Below, piece after piece: positions 1-9,286 of a DNA stretch of 64,000 bases. The stretch is from Nitrospirota bacterium. GTDB lineage: Bacteria; Nitrospirota; UBA9217. A model generated the notes under the pieces. It ran no database searches. It had not been told where the DNA came from and saw only the letters and a list, made by a program, of their open reading frames with translations. The stretch spans positions 32,001 through 96,000 of the forward strand of contig JAOUEV010000006.1 in the NCBI GenBank assembly GCA_029858565.1, in the 5' to 3' direction. Each line of letters opens with the position of its first letter. The stretch's first letter is position 1. Position numbers and translations under genes: made by a program.

Positions 1-1
1 A

Positions 2-145
2 CGAATGCCCCCATCGAACAGGCTGGAAGCCCTGACGCATGACCGCAAAGGTCAGTGGAGCATTCGCATCAACGATCAATGGCGCATTTGCTTCTGTTTC
101 AAAGATGGCGACGCCTATGATGTCGAAATCGTGGATTATCATTAA
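2..145 (+). CDS. higB: HigB/RelE-ParE family toxin, 3' part (truncated by window edge)
   Basis: Manual translation of frame 2: RMPPSNRLEALTHDRKGQWSIRINDQWRICFCFKDGDAYDVEIVDYH*. Typical HigB C-terminus (SIRINDQWRICF...VEIVDYH), directly upstream of HigA. Confidence 0.9.
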   Translation, partial: RMPPSNRLEALTHDRKGQWSIRINDQWRICFCFKDGDAYDVEIVDYH

Positions 146-159
146 GGGAGGTATAAACA

Positions 160-456
160 ATGGTTCAGAATGGATTGCCTGCAATTCATCCCGGGGAATT
201 TCTGGCGGAAATACTGAGCGAGATGAGGATATCTCAGGCAGAATTCGCGCGCACTATCGGAGTATCACCAATGCGCATTTCCCATGTCATCAAGGGTAAT
301 CGTCCTGTGACGGCGGAACTGGCCCTGTTGTTCGGCCGCGCATTTAACCAGACGCCTCAATATTGGCTCAATCTTCAGGCGGCTTACGATCTGAAGATCG
401 CAAAGGCGGGCATCGGCAAACGCCTTGCTGGTATTCACGCCCTCGCACATGCCTGA
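160..456 (+). CDS. higA: HigA family antitoxin (HTH-XRE)
   Basis: IHPGEFL...ISQAEFARTIGVS...RPVTAELALLFGRAFNQTPQYWLNLQAAYDL; RBS GGAGG upstream. Confidence 0.93.
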   Translation: MVQNGLPAIHPGEFLAEILSEMRISQAEFARTIGVSPMRISHVIKGNRPVTAELALLFGRAFNQTPQYWLNLQAAYDLKIAKAGIGKRLAGIHALAHA

Positions 457-927
457 TTTTCCACTTCGCCATACGCGAAAAGTCCTGTTCCAACCACGCC
501 GAGAGGGTCGGAGAATCACGCCCCTCACGGCGGCGCTCAAATGACAGTTTCAATCCGTAATTGTTCATTTCATCATCGATCTTCCGTCACGTCATGCCGT
601 CTCGCTAACACAATCTAGGTCAAGTCCCGCCATCGCCAATGCTCTCGCTTCCTGTAAGTCGTTGTTTTTTCACAAAGCCGCCTGGAATATACCGCATTGG
701 TCTTCCTGTTTTTCCCTGGCAGTAAAATTCCCGCTTGAGATCAGCTCCCAATTCACTCTCCTTTGACCGATTTTTTCTCCCCGATTTGAAAAAAAAGACT
801 GAACTAACCCGTTCCCGTGAGTTATCGGTGAGTCCGTTCATGGCATGATGGCGTCCGGATAGGGACAAAACCGTTCCTGCCGGGAAAGAGCGATCCGGCG
901 CACCAGAGGACAACGAGGACGACATCC

Positions 928-1122
928 ATGCTACCGTCGGAAAGCTATATCGTGCGGATCTACCGCCGCAGCAAGAAAAATCCCCGCCTTATCGCGGGGA
1001 TCGTGGAGCAGGTCGGGGAGGATGGCTGGAAAGCCGGGTTCGAGAATGCCGAGGAAATGCAGGAGCTATTGAGAGGCAACAAGCAGGCAAACAAACCGGC
1101 CAAGCCTCGAAATGATCAGTAA
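928..1122 (+). CDS. Small hypothetical protein (ESYIVRIYRR-type), 64 aa
   Basis: RBS GAGGA before ATG; protein-like sequence ESYIVRIYRR...AGIVEQVG...F; sits just upstream of the giant surface protein. Confidence 0.65.
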   Translation: MLPSESYIVRIYRRSKKNPRLIAGIVEQVGEDGWKAGFENAEEMQELLRGNKQANKPAKPRNDQ

Positions 1123-1180
1123 GGAGCTGGTTTTAATACGGAGAGTCGTTCCTATCGCTGCTGCGGTTTTTTAGCGCGAA

Positions 1181-1205
1181 CCCCTGAGACAACTTTTGTC
1201 AGGGG
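1181..1205. promoter_or_regulatory. Inverted repeat upstream of the surface-protein gene (possible operator or hairpin)
   Basis: CCCCTGAGACAACTTTTGTCAGGGG: CCCCTGA/TCAGGGG arms and inner GACAA/TTGTC. Confidence 0.4.
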
Positions 1206-1260
1206 ATTCGTGATTCAAATTGCATAAATCACTGAGGTCGTAAGCAGGAGGTACTGTTCC

Positions 1261-4200
1261 ATGAGAAAAAGAATCGTGTTGGTTGTCGGTATGTGTATCG
1301 CGGCGCTGCTGGCCTGGGTCCCGGTATTCGCTGCCACGTCCGAGGACGGTTTTAATCCGAAGGCGGATAATTACGTCTGGACCGCGGCAATACAGGCCGA
1401 TGGCAAGATTCTTGTGGGCGGAAATTTTAGCACCATAACGAGCAACCTTACCAGCACGGTGACGACTACGTTGACGCGGAACAAAATCGCCCGGCTGAAT
1501 GCCGACGGCTCGGTAGATGCGTCATTCGATCCCAATGCGAGCCATGCCGTCCAGTCCATCGTTGCCCAGCCCGACGGCACGATTCTCATGGGCGGCGTTT
1601 TTACCACCGTAGGGGGCGTAACGAGATTGCGGGTCGCCCGCCTGAATGCCGATGGAACGCTTGATGCGGCTTTTAATCCAAGCGCGAACGGCACGGTCAA
1701 TTCCCTTGCGGTCCAGGCCGATGGGAAGATCCTTGTAGGCGGTGCATTTACCACCATGGGCGGAGTGGCGAGGAACAAGATAGCCCGCCTGAATGCCGAC
1801 GGCTCGCTTGACACGTCTTTTGATCCCAATGCGAACGACGCGGTATCCTCTCTAGTGGTTCAGCCGGACGGAAAGATTCTTGTCGGCGGATTATTTACCA
1901 CCATGGGCGGGGTGACAAGGAACCGGATCGCCCGCCTGAACACCGATGGAACGCTTGACACGTCTTTTAATCCCAATGCCGGCAATAGGGTTGAAACCAT
2001 GGAAATTCAGCCAGACGGAAAGATCCTTGTTGGCGGCACATTTATCACCATGGGCGGCGTGACGAGAAACTATATTGCCCGCCTGAATGCCGATGGAACG
2101 CTTGATACGGCTTTTAATCCAAGCGCGAACAGCACGGTCAATTCTATTGCGTTTCAGGCCGACGGGAAGATCCTTGCAGGCGGCGGATTTACCACCATGG
2201 GCGGCGTGGCAAGAAACCGGATCGCACGCTTCAATGTCGATGGAACGCTCGACGGAACCTTTGATCCCAATGCCGACAGCACGGTCTATGTCGTCAGGGT
2301 CCAGCCCGACGGGAAAGTATTTGCGGGGGGATGGTTTACCACAATGAGCGGCGTGTCGAGATTGTCCATGGCCCGCCTGAATCCGGACACTACCCTTGAT
2401 GATACCTTCCAGCCTGTTCTGACCGGCGCGGCCTACGGCATGGCGGTCCAGCCCGACGGGAAAGTTCTTGTGGGCGGCGGGTTTACCATAGTAAGCGGCG
2501 TGACAAGGAACTATATTGCCCGCCTGAATGCCGATGGCACGCTTGACACGGCATTCAATCCTAACGCGAACGTGAATGTAAGCTCCCTTGCGGTCCAGCC
2601 CGATGGAAAGATCATTGCAGGCGGTCAATTTAGCCTGATGGGCGGCGTTTTGAGGAACAAGATAGCCCGCCTGAATGCCGACGGCACGCTCGATACCGGA
2701 TTCGATCCGAATGCAGGCTCCATTGTTACTGCCATTGCGATTCAGGCTGATGGTAAGATACTTGTAGGCGGTTTTTTTACCACGATGGGCGGTGTCACGA
2801 GAAACTACATCGCCCGCGTAAACACAGACGGAACGCTTGACACGGCCTTTGATCCCAACGCGGGCGGTTCGGTCTTTTCCATCGCGGTCCAGTCTGACGG
2901 CAAGATTCTTGTTGGCGGAGGATTCACCACCATGGGCGGCGTTGCAAGGAACCGGATCGCCCGCCTGAATGCCGACGGGACATTGGACGCCTCCTTCGAT
3001 CCCAATGCGAACGCTAATGTCAACTCCATTGCGATACAGCCCGACGGGAAGGTTCTCCTGGGCGGCTCATTTAGCACTGTGGGCGGCACTGCGAGGAGCA
3101 AGATCGCCCGTATTAACGCCGATGGCACGCTTGATACGTCCTTCAATCCCAATGCGAACAACATCGTCTATGCCATTGTGGGACTGGCCAATGGGAAGAT
3201 CGTCGTGGGCGGGACATTTACCACCGTGGGCGGCGTGACGCGGAACCGGATCGCCCGCCTCAACGCCGACGGCACGCTTGATACGTCTTTTGATCCCAAT
3301 TCGAATAACGTAGTTTACGGCATCGCGGTCCAGCCTGATGGGAAAGTCCTCGCGGGCGGAACATTTCTTAAGATGGGCGTGGAGACGCGAAACTACATTG
3401 CCCGAATTGGCGCCGACGATGCGGCCCTCCAGGACCTCGCTGTTTCCAGCGATGCATCCACCGTTACCTGGCTGCGGAGCGGATCATCCCCCGAGGTCCA
3501 CGGCGTGACCTTTGCGCGTTCCGCCGACCAGGTCACCTGGACGGAACTTGGCGCAGGGACGAGGATATCGGGAGGCTGGCAACTTACGGGGCTTTCGCTT
3601 CCCATGGACACGTACGACTATATCCGCGCGCGCGGCACATCAGCGGGAGGATATCAGGTCAACTCGACTTCCCTTGTGGAATCCCAGCTGCGATACTATG
3701 TCCCTGATACCATAGCGCCAGCCGCGCCGGTCATCAGCAGTCCCGCGAACGGGTCTTCGACCAGCGATACGACGCCCCTGGTGAGCGGGACGGCGGAAGC
3801 AAACAGCACGGTGAAGGTCTATGACGGCGCAACGCTCGTTGCCACGGCCGCGGCGAACGGAAGCGGCGCATGGAGCGTCAGCACGTCCGCGCTGATCGAG
3901 GGAGCCCACTCCCTGACAGCCACGGCCACGGACGCCGCGGGTAACACGAGCGCGGCTTCGACGGCCAAGAACATCACCATTGATACGGCCGCGCCCAACG
4001 CGCCGGTCATCACGAGCCCCTTGACCGGGACGTCGACCGATGACACGACGCCCCTGGTTGCCGGGACCGCGGAAGCGAACAGCACGGTGTTCGTCTATTC
4101 CGGCGCAACGCAGGTCGGCTCAACCGCGGCGAGCGGAAGCGGCGCCTGGAGCGTCAGCACGAATGCCCTGGCACGGGGGCCGCATACCCTGACAGCCAAG

Positions 4201-7200
4201 GCCAGGGATGCGGCGCTCAATCTCAGCGCGGCGTCCGCGGCGGTAACCATCACCGTCATTCCTCCGGCCCCGGTGATTACCAGTCCGGCGAACGGGTCGG
4301 CGACGAACGATACGACGCCCCTGGTGAGCGGAACGGCCGAGGCAAACAGCACGGTTACGGTCTATGACGGCGCAACACAGGTCGGATCAACAACGGCCAC
4401 TGGCGGCGTCTGGAGCGTCAGCACGTCCGCTTTGACCGTGGGAGTCCACTCCTTGACGGCAACAGCCACGGTCGCCGGGCCCTACACGAGCGTGGCCTCG
4501 GCCGCGGTTACCATCACCATCGATATAACCGCGCCCGGCACGCCGGTGATCACGAGCCCGGCGAGCGGGACTTCGACGAAAGATACGACCCCGGCCGTAA
4601 GCGGGACCGCGGAAGCGAACAGCACGGTGAAGGTCTATGTGGGAGGAACGACGCTCGTGGCAACGACCACGGCGGACGGGAGCGGAAACTGGAGCGTCAG
4701 CACGTCCGCCCTGGCTGAGGCGACTTACAGCCTGACGGCAACGGCAACGGATGCAGCCGGAAACACGAGTCTTGCCTCGTCGGCGAAGAGCATCACCATC
4801 GATATAACCGCGCCCGCTGCCCCGTCGATCACGGGCCCGGCAAGCGGGACGTCGACCAACGACTCGACCCCGGCCGTAAGCGGGACAGCGGAAGCGAACA
4901 GCACGGTGAAGGTCTATGCGGGCGCTACGCTGGTCGGCACAACCACGGCGGGCGGCGGTGTCTGGAGCGTCAGCACTTCCACTTTGACGGATAACACTTA
5001 TTCTCTTACGGCCACGGCCACGGACGCGGCGGGAAATACAGGCCCGTCGTCGGCAGCGGTGAGCCTCACCATCGACACGGTTTCGCCGAATGCGCCTGCG
5101 ATCACGAGCCATGTGACCGGCGCCTCGACCAACGACACGACGCCGGTAATCAGCGGCACGGGCGAGCCGGGCGTTACGGTGAAGCTCTTTGCCGATGCCG
5201 TTCAAATCGCGTCCGCGCTCGTAAACGGAAGCGGCTTATGGTCTGCGGAAACAACGACCCTGACGGAAGGATTAAAAACCGTATATTACAGCGCCTGGGA
5301 TGCAGCGGGCAATTACAGCCCGTCGAACTCGATCCAGATCATTATCGATACGGCCGCGCCGAACGCGCCGGTGATCACTTCTCCGGCGAACAACGCGATT
5401 CTGAGCGCTACGACGCCGACGGTGAGCGGCACGGCCGAAGCGAACAGCACGGTGAAGGTCTATGACAGCGCAGCGCTGGTCGGCACGACCACGGCGAACG
5501 GAAGCGGTAACTGGAGCGTCAGCACGTCCGTTCTGTCGGCGGGGACCCACACCATAACAGCCACGGCAACGGACGCCGCGGGCAACGCGAGCGCGGCTTC
5601 GACGGCCAAGAACATCACGATTGATACGACCGCGCCGAACGCGCCGGTGATCACGAGCCCGGCAAACGGGACCGTGACCAGCGTCACGACGCCTCTCGTG
5701 AGCGGAACGGCCGAGAGCGGGAGCACCGTGAAAGTGTATGCCGGCGCAACGCTGGTCGGCACAACCACGGCGGCCGGCGGTTCCTGGAGCGTTAACACTT
5801 CCAATTTGACGCTGGGGATCTATTCCTTAACAGCCACGGCCACGGACGTCGCGGGAAATACAAGCCCGGCTTCGGCGGCAATAAGCATCACCATCGCAAC
5901 ACTCCCCGGCGCGCCGACAAGCGTCACGGCCACGGCGGGCAATGCCCAGGCCACGGTTGCCTTTACGCCGCCTGCGTCTGACGGAGGCAGCTCAATAACC
6001 GGGTATACGGCAACCAGCAGCCCCGGCGGTCTCACGGGCACCTGCGCAAGCTCACCCTGCACAGTGACCGGCCTGACGAACGGAACGTCCTATACCTTCA
6101 CCGTCACGGCGACCAATGCCGTGGGCACCGGCGCTTCGTCGGCAGCCTCGAACAGCGTGACGCCGGCAACGGTTCCGGGCGCGCCGACCATCGGCACGGC
6201 CACGGCGGGCAATGCCCAGGCCACGGTCGCCTTCACGGCGCCGGCAAGCAACGGCGGCAGCGCGATCACCGGGTATACGGCAACCTCCACGCCCGACGGC
6301 ATTATCGCCACCGGAGCTTCCAGCCCGATTACGGTAATGGGCCTGACGAACGGCACCGCCTACACTTTCAAGGTCAAGGCGACCAACGCTGTCGGAACGG
6401 GCCTGGAGTCCGCGGCCTCGAACAGCGTGACGCCGAACACGGGTCCCTATATCGTTACTCCGTCAGCGGGCGCCGGCGGCGGCTTCAGCCCGAGCATGCC
6501 GCAAACCGTCAGCTACGGTGAAACTGCGATCTTCACTGTGACGCCCGATGCAGGCTATCATCTCGGCACGGTCACGGGCTGCGGCGGCAATCTTGCCGGA
6601 AACACCTACACCACGGGCTTGATCACGGGCGACTGCACGGTGACGGCGAGCTTCGTCGCCAATACTGCCCCCACGGTCCCGGCGCTCAGCAGTCCTGCTG
6701 ATGCTGGCGAAGTGATCACGCTGACCCCGACGCTCACGGTCAATGCATCAACGGACGCGGAAGGAGACCCGGTCAGCTATATCTTCGAGCTCGACACCGT
6801 CAATAGCTTTGACAGCGGCGACAAACAGGCCTCGGGCGCGACTGGAGCCACGAATTGGACTCCATCGAACCTGATCGACAACACCATGTACTACTGGCGC
6901 GCCCGTTCCTCGGATGGGACAGCATCCAGCGGCTGGATGTCAACAGCAAGCTTCTTCGTGAACACAGCAAACGACGCGCCTTCGATTCCGGCGATCAGCA
7001 GCCCGGCGGACAACGGCGTGGTGTCGTCTGCCACCCCGACGCTCACGGTCACGAACGCGACCGACGTGGACAAGGACACGCTTACCTACGAGTTCGAGGT
7101 CTACGCAAACAGCAACTTCACCGGCTTGGTGACGAGTGCTACGGGCATGGGCCAGGGCGGGAGCGGCAGCAGCTCCTGGACCGTGGACACGAGTCTCGCG

Positions 7201-8457
7201 GAAGACACGACCTACTACTGGAAGAGCCGGGCACGGGACGAGCACAACCTGGCAGGGAGCGACGCAAGCGGCTCCTTCCGGGTGAACACCACGAACAGCG
7301 CGCCGAGCGATCCGACAATCAACAGCCCGGCCTCGGGAAGCGAGAGCACCAGCACGACCCCGACGCTCGCGGTGACCAACTCGACCGACGCAGACAGCGA
7401 CAGCCTGCACTACGTCTTCGAGATCGACAGCGTGAACACCTTCAACAGCGGGAACAAGCAAATCTCGGGCCTTGTTGCCGAGGGCGCGGGCAGCACGACC
7501 TGGACGCCCGCGGCATTGACCGACAACACCACGTACTACTGGAGAATCAAAGCCAACGACGGCATCACCGACAGCGGCTGGATGACCGCGGCGAGTATCT
7601 TCGTGAACACGGCGAACGACGCTCCGACCGTGCCGACCCTGCTCAACCCGGCGGACGGTAGCAACGTCACCGTACTCGGTCCCACGTTCTCGCTCAATGC
7701 CGCGAGCGACGTGGACAACGACAGCCTGACCTATGATTTCTCGGTCTACTCGGACAGCGGGCTCTCGAGCCTCGTGACGAGCACCACGGGAGCAGGCACC
7801 AGCTGGAGCGTAAGCCAGGATCTCTCGGACAATACCACCTACTACTGGACCGCGCGGGCAGTGGATGAGCACGGACAGCCGGGTGGATGGATGACCGGCA
7901 AGTCATTCTTCGTGAACAACAACGGAACGAACGACGCTCCGACGATCACGGTCACGAAGCCGGGAGCTTCTGAGCCAGGAACCACAGGCAACAGCTTCAG
8001 CATCACCTGGACCGATTCCGACCCGGACAGCGACGCAACAATCACGCTGGGCTACGACAGCACGGGAACGGGCTGCGGCGGGACCGTGATCGCAACGAAC
8101 ATCAGCGAGAACGATCTCACGAACAGCTACAGCTGGGACATCTCGGGCCTGGCCGATGGCAGCTACTCCGTCTATGCCAAGATCGACGACGGAACCACGA
8201 GCGTCTGCTCCTATGCAGCGGGCCAGGTCGTGAAACTCGGCAGCTCAGGCGACCTGAACGCGGACGGTACGGTGGACATTGTCGACGCGCTCAAGGCGCT
8301 CCGGATGGCCGCGGGGATCGATACGGTCGCCGCGGCGGATCTTGCGAACGGCGATGTTGCGCCGATTGTGAGCGGGACTCCGCAGCCCGACGGCGTCATC
8401 GACGTGGGCGACGTGGTAGTGATCCTGCGGAAGGCCGTGGGACTGGTGAACTGGTAG
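1261..8457 (+). CDS. Giant secreted surface/adhesin protein: signal peptide, 14 delta-60 (DUF5122-type) propeller repeats, 8 bacterial Ig-like repeats, FN3 domains, InlB-B-like repeat, 4 FN3-like repeats, C-terminal dockerin type I
   Basis: Repeats AVQPDGKILVGGxFTT...RIARLNADGTLDxxFDP (counted 14, about 49 aa) and APVITSPANG..DTTPxVSGTAEANSTV (8); FN3 PGAPTxxTATAGNAQATVAF; C-terminus GDLNADGTVDIVDALKALR...GDVAP...DGVIDVGDVVVILRKAVGLVNW; RBS AGGAGG. Confidence 0.9.
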   Translation: MRKRIVLVVGMCIAALLAWVPVFAATSEDGFNPKADNYVWTAAIQADGKILVGGNFSTITSNLTSTVTTTLTRNKIARLNADGSVDASFDPNASHAVQSIVAQPDGTILMGGVFTTVGGVTRLRVARLNADGTLDAAFNPSANGTVNSLAVQADGKILVGGAFTTMGGVARNKIARLNADGSLDTSFDPNANDAVSSLVVQPDGKILVGGLFTTMGGVTRNRIARLNTDGTLDTSFNPNAGNRVETMEIQPDGKILVGGTFITMGGVTRNYIARLNADGTLDTAFNPSANSTVNSIAFQADGKILAGGGFTTMGGVARNRIARFNVDGTLDGTFDPNADSTVYVVRVQPDGKVFAGGWFTTMSGVSRLSMARLNPDTTLDDTFQPVLTGAAYGMAVQPDGKVLVGGGFTIVSGVTRNYIARLNADGTLDTAFNPNANVNVSSLAVQPDGKIIAGGQFSLMGGVLRNKIARLNADGTLDTGFDPNAGSIVTAIAIQADGKILVGGFFTTMGGVTRNYIARVNTDGTLDTAFDPNAGGSVFSIAVQSDGKILVGGGFTTMGGVARNRIARLNADGTLDASFDPNANANVNSIAIQPDGKVLLGGSFSTVGGTARSKIARINADGTLDTSFNPNANNIVYAIVGLANGKIVVGGTFTTVGGVTRNRIARLNADGTLDTSFDPNSNNVVYGIAVQPDGKVLAGGTFLKMGVETRNYIARIGADDAALQDLAVSSDASTVTWLRSGSSPEVHGVTFARSADQVTWTELGAGTRISGGWQLTGLSLPMDTYDYIRARGTSAGGYQVNSTSLVESQLRYYVPDTIAPAAPVISSPANGSSTSDTTPLVSGTAEANSTVKVYDGATLVATAAANGSGAWSVSTSALIEGAHSLTATATDAAGNTSAASTAKNITIDTAAPNAPVITSPLTGTSTDDTTPLVAGTAEANSTVFVYSGATQVGSTAASGSGAWSVSTNALARGPHTLTAKARDAALNLSAASAAVTITVIPPAPVITSPANGSATNDTTPLVSGTAEANSTVTVYDGATQVGSTTATGGVWSVSTSALTVGVHSLTATATVAGPYTSVASAAVTITIDITAPGTPVITSPASGTSTKDTTPAVSGTAEANSTVKVYVGGTTLVATTTADGSGNWSVSTSALAEATYSLTATATDAAGNTSLASSAKSITIDITAPAAPSITGPASGTSTNDSTPAVSGTAEANSTVKVYAGATLVGTTTAGGGVWSVSTSTLTDNTYSLTATATDAAGNTGPSSAAVSLTIDTVSPNAPAITSHVTGASTNDTTPVISGTGEPGVTVKLFADAVQIASALVNGSGLWSAETTTLTEGLKTVYYSAWDAAGNYSPSNSIQIIIDTAAPNAPVITSPANNAILSATTPTVSGTAEANSTVKVYDSAALVGTTTANGSGNWSVSTSVLSAGTHTITATATDAAGNASAASTAKNITIDTTAPNAPVITSPANGTVTSVTTPLVSGTAESGSTVKVYAGATLVGTTTAAGGSWSVNTSNLTLGIYSLTATATDVAGNTSPASAAISITIATLPGAPTSVTATAGNAQATVAFTPPASDGGSSITGYTATSSPGGLTGTCASSPCTVTGLTNGTSYTFTVTATNAVGTGASSAASNSVTPATVPGAPTIGTATAGNAQATVAFTAPASNGGSAITGYTATSTPDGIIATGASSPITVMGLTNGTAYTFKVKATNAVGTGLESAASNSVTPNTGPYIVTPSAGAGGGFSPSMPQTVSYGETAIFTVTPDAGYHLGTVTGCGGNLAGNTYTTGLITGDCTVTASFVANTAPTVPALSSPADAGEVITLTPTLTVNASTDAEGDPVSYIFELDTVNSFDSGDKQASGATGATNWTPSNLIDNTMYYWRARSSDGTASSGWMSTASFFVNTANDAPSIPAISSPADNGVVSSATPTLTVTNATDVDKDTLTYEFEVYANSNFTGLVTSATGMGQGGSGSSSWTVDTSLAEDTTYYWKSRARDEHNLAGSDASGSFRVNTTNSAPSDPTINSPASGSESTSTTPTLAVTNSTDADSDSLHYVFEIDSVNTFNSGNKQISGLVAEGAGSTTWTPAALTDNTTYYWRIKANDGITDSGWMTAASIFVNTANDAPTVPTLLNPADGSNVTVLGPTFSLNAASDVDNDSLTYDFSVYSDSGLSSLVTSTTGAGTSWSVSQDLSDNTTYYWTARAVDEHGQPGGWMTGKSFFVNNNGTNDAPTITVTKPGASEPGTTGNSFSITWTDSDPDSDATITLGYDSTGTGCGGTVIATNISENDLTNSYSWDISGLADGSYSVYAKIDDGTTSVCSYAAGQVVKLGSSGDLNADGTVDIVDALKALRMAAGIDTVAAADLANGDVAPIVSGTPQPDGVIDVGDVVVILRKAVGLVNW

Positions 8458-8465
8458 AAAGAGAA

Positions 8466-8615
8466 AGTAGCAAGTAGCAAGGAAAAGAGAAAAAGACACG
8501 AGCAAGGAACAAAAAAGCAGCGAAAAGATGGCGCAAGACAGGGGTAGAGGGCTAAAGGTGTAAAGGCCATGGTTGTTGCAGTTACCTTGCTGCTTGACCC
8601 CTGTTACTTGCTACT
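8466..8615. repeat. Inverted heptamer tandem repeats in intergenic DNA
   Basis: AGTAGCAAGTAGCAAGG at 8466-8482 and complementary CCTTGCTGCTTG...TTACTTGCTACT at 8585-8615. Confidence 0.6.
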
Positions 8616-8637
8616 CGATCGTAAAGGAGAATATATT

Positions 8638-9135
8638 ATGAAACGAATGCTCATATTCTTACTGATGCTCTTGACCCTATCCCTCCTCGCCGCCTGCGGC
8701 GGGGGAGGCGGCGGCGGAGCGACGGCACCGGTTGTCGAACCGACGCAGGCCTTTGTGAAGATCAGCACCTCGGGCACGCTTCCGTCAGGTACGCTGGTCG
8801 GCGGGGTGGACGTGACCGTGACGCTTCCTTCGGGCGTGACCGTCGCAAGCACGACACCGCCGCAGACCGACGCGGGCGTCGTGGCTGGTTCGGGTCTGGC
8901 CGGATCATCGGCTTCGGCCATGGGCACCTATGGCTCTTCGGAAAATGCGGTGCGCGTGCTGCTGGCTGACCCGGACGGCATGGCAGCGGGCGAGTTCGCC
9001 ACCGTGACCTGTGCCATTGCTTCAGGCAGTTCTCCGTCGGCCTCGGACTTCACGGTATCTTCCGCGACCGTGAAGGACCTGAACGGCGCTGCGATCAGCG
9101 GGATGACCGCGACGCTCAGCGTGACGATGCAATAG
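8638..9135 (+). CDS. Lipoprotein with probable cohesin-like beta-sandwich
   Basis: RBS AAAGGAG then ATG 8638; lipobox LAAC followed by poly-Gly; beta-rich body (GGVDVTVTLPSGVTV...GEFATVTCAIASG). Confidence 0.8.
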   Translation: MKRMLIFLLMLLTLSLLAACGGGGGGGATAPVVEPTQAFVKISTSGTLPSGTLVGGVDVTVTLPSGVTVASTTPPQTDAGVVAGSGLAGSSASAMGTYGSSENAVRVLLADPDGMAAGEFATVTCAIASGSSPSASDFTVSSATVKDLNGAAISGMTATLSVTMQ

Positions 9136-9225
9136 GCGAAGATGGAGCAGGATTCCGAACGCGAGCACGACGGACGTTGCGGTGATGTTTCAGTAATATG
9201 CTTTTTATCAGAAAAAAATGATATA

Positions 9226-9262
9226 ATACGGCCGGACCTCCCTCGGGAAGGTCCGGCCGTAT
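9226..9262. terminator. Strong GC hairpin (probable terminator or RNA stability element)
   Basis: ATACGGCCGGACCT (9226-9239) and AGGTCCGGCCGTAT (9249-9262) form a perfect 14-bp inverted repeat, followed by CATTTT. Confidence 0.6.
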
Positions 9263-9286
9263 CATTTTCCCCCAGGCGGTGCTGTC

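Noticed and set aside
1333-7900. Regularly spaced DNA repeats that could suggest a CRISPR or other non-coding array
   Set aside because: They are in-frame protein repeats within one ORF, with no constant repeat and unique spacer pattern; no cas genes in the window.
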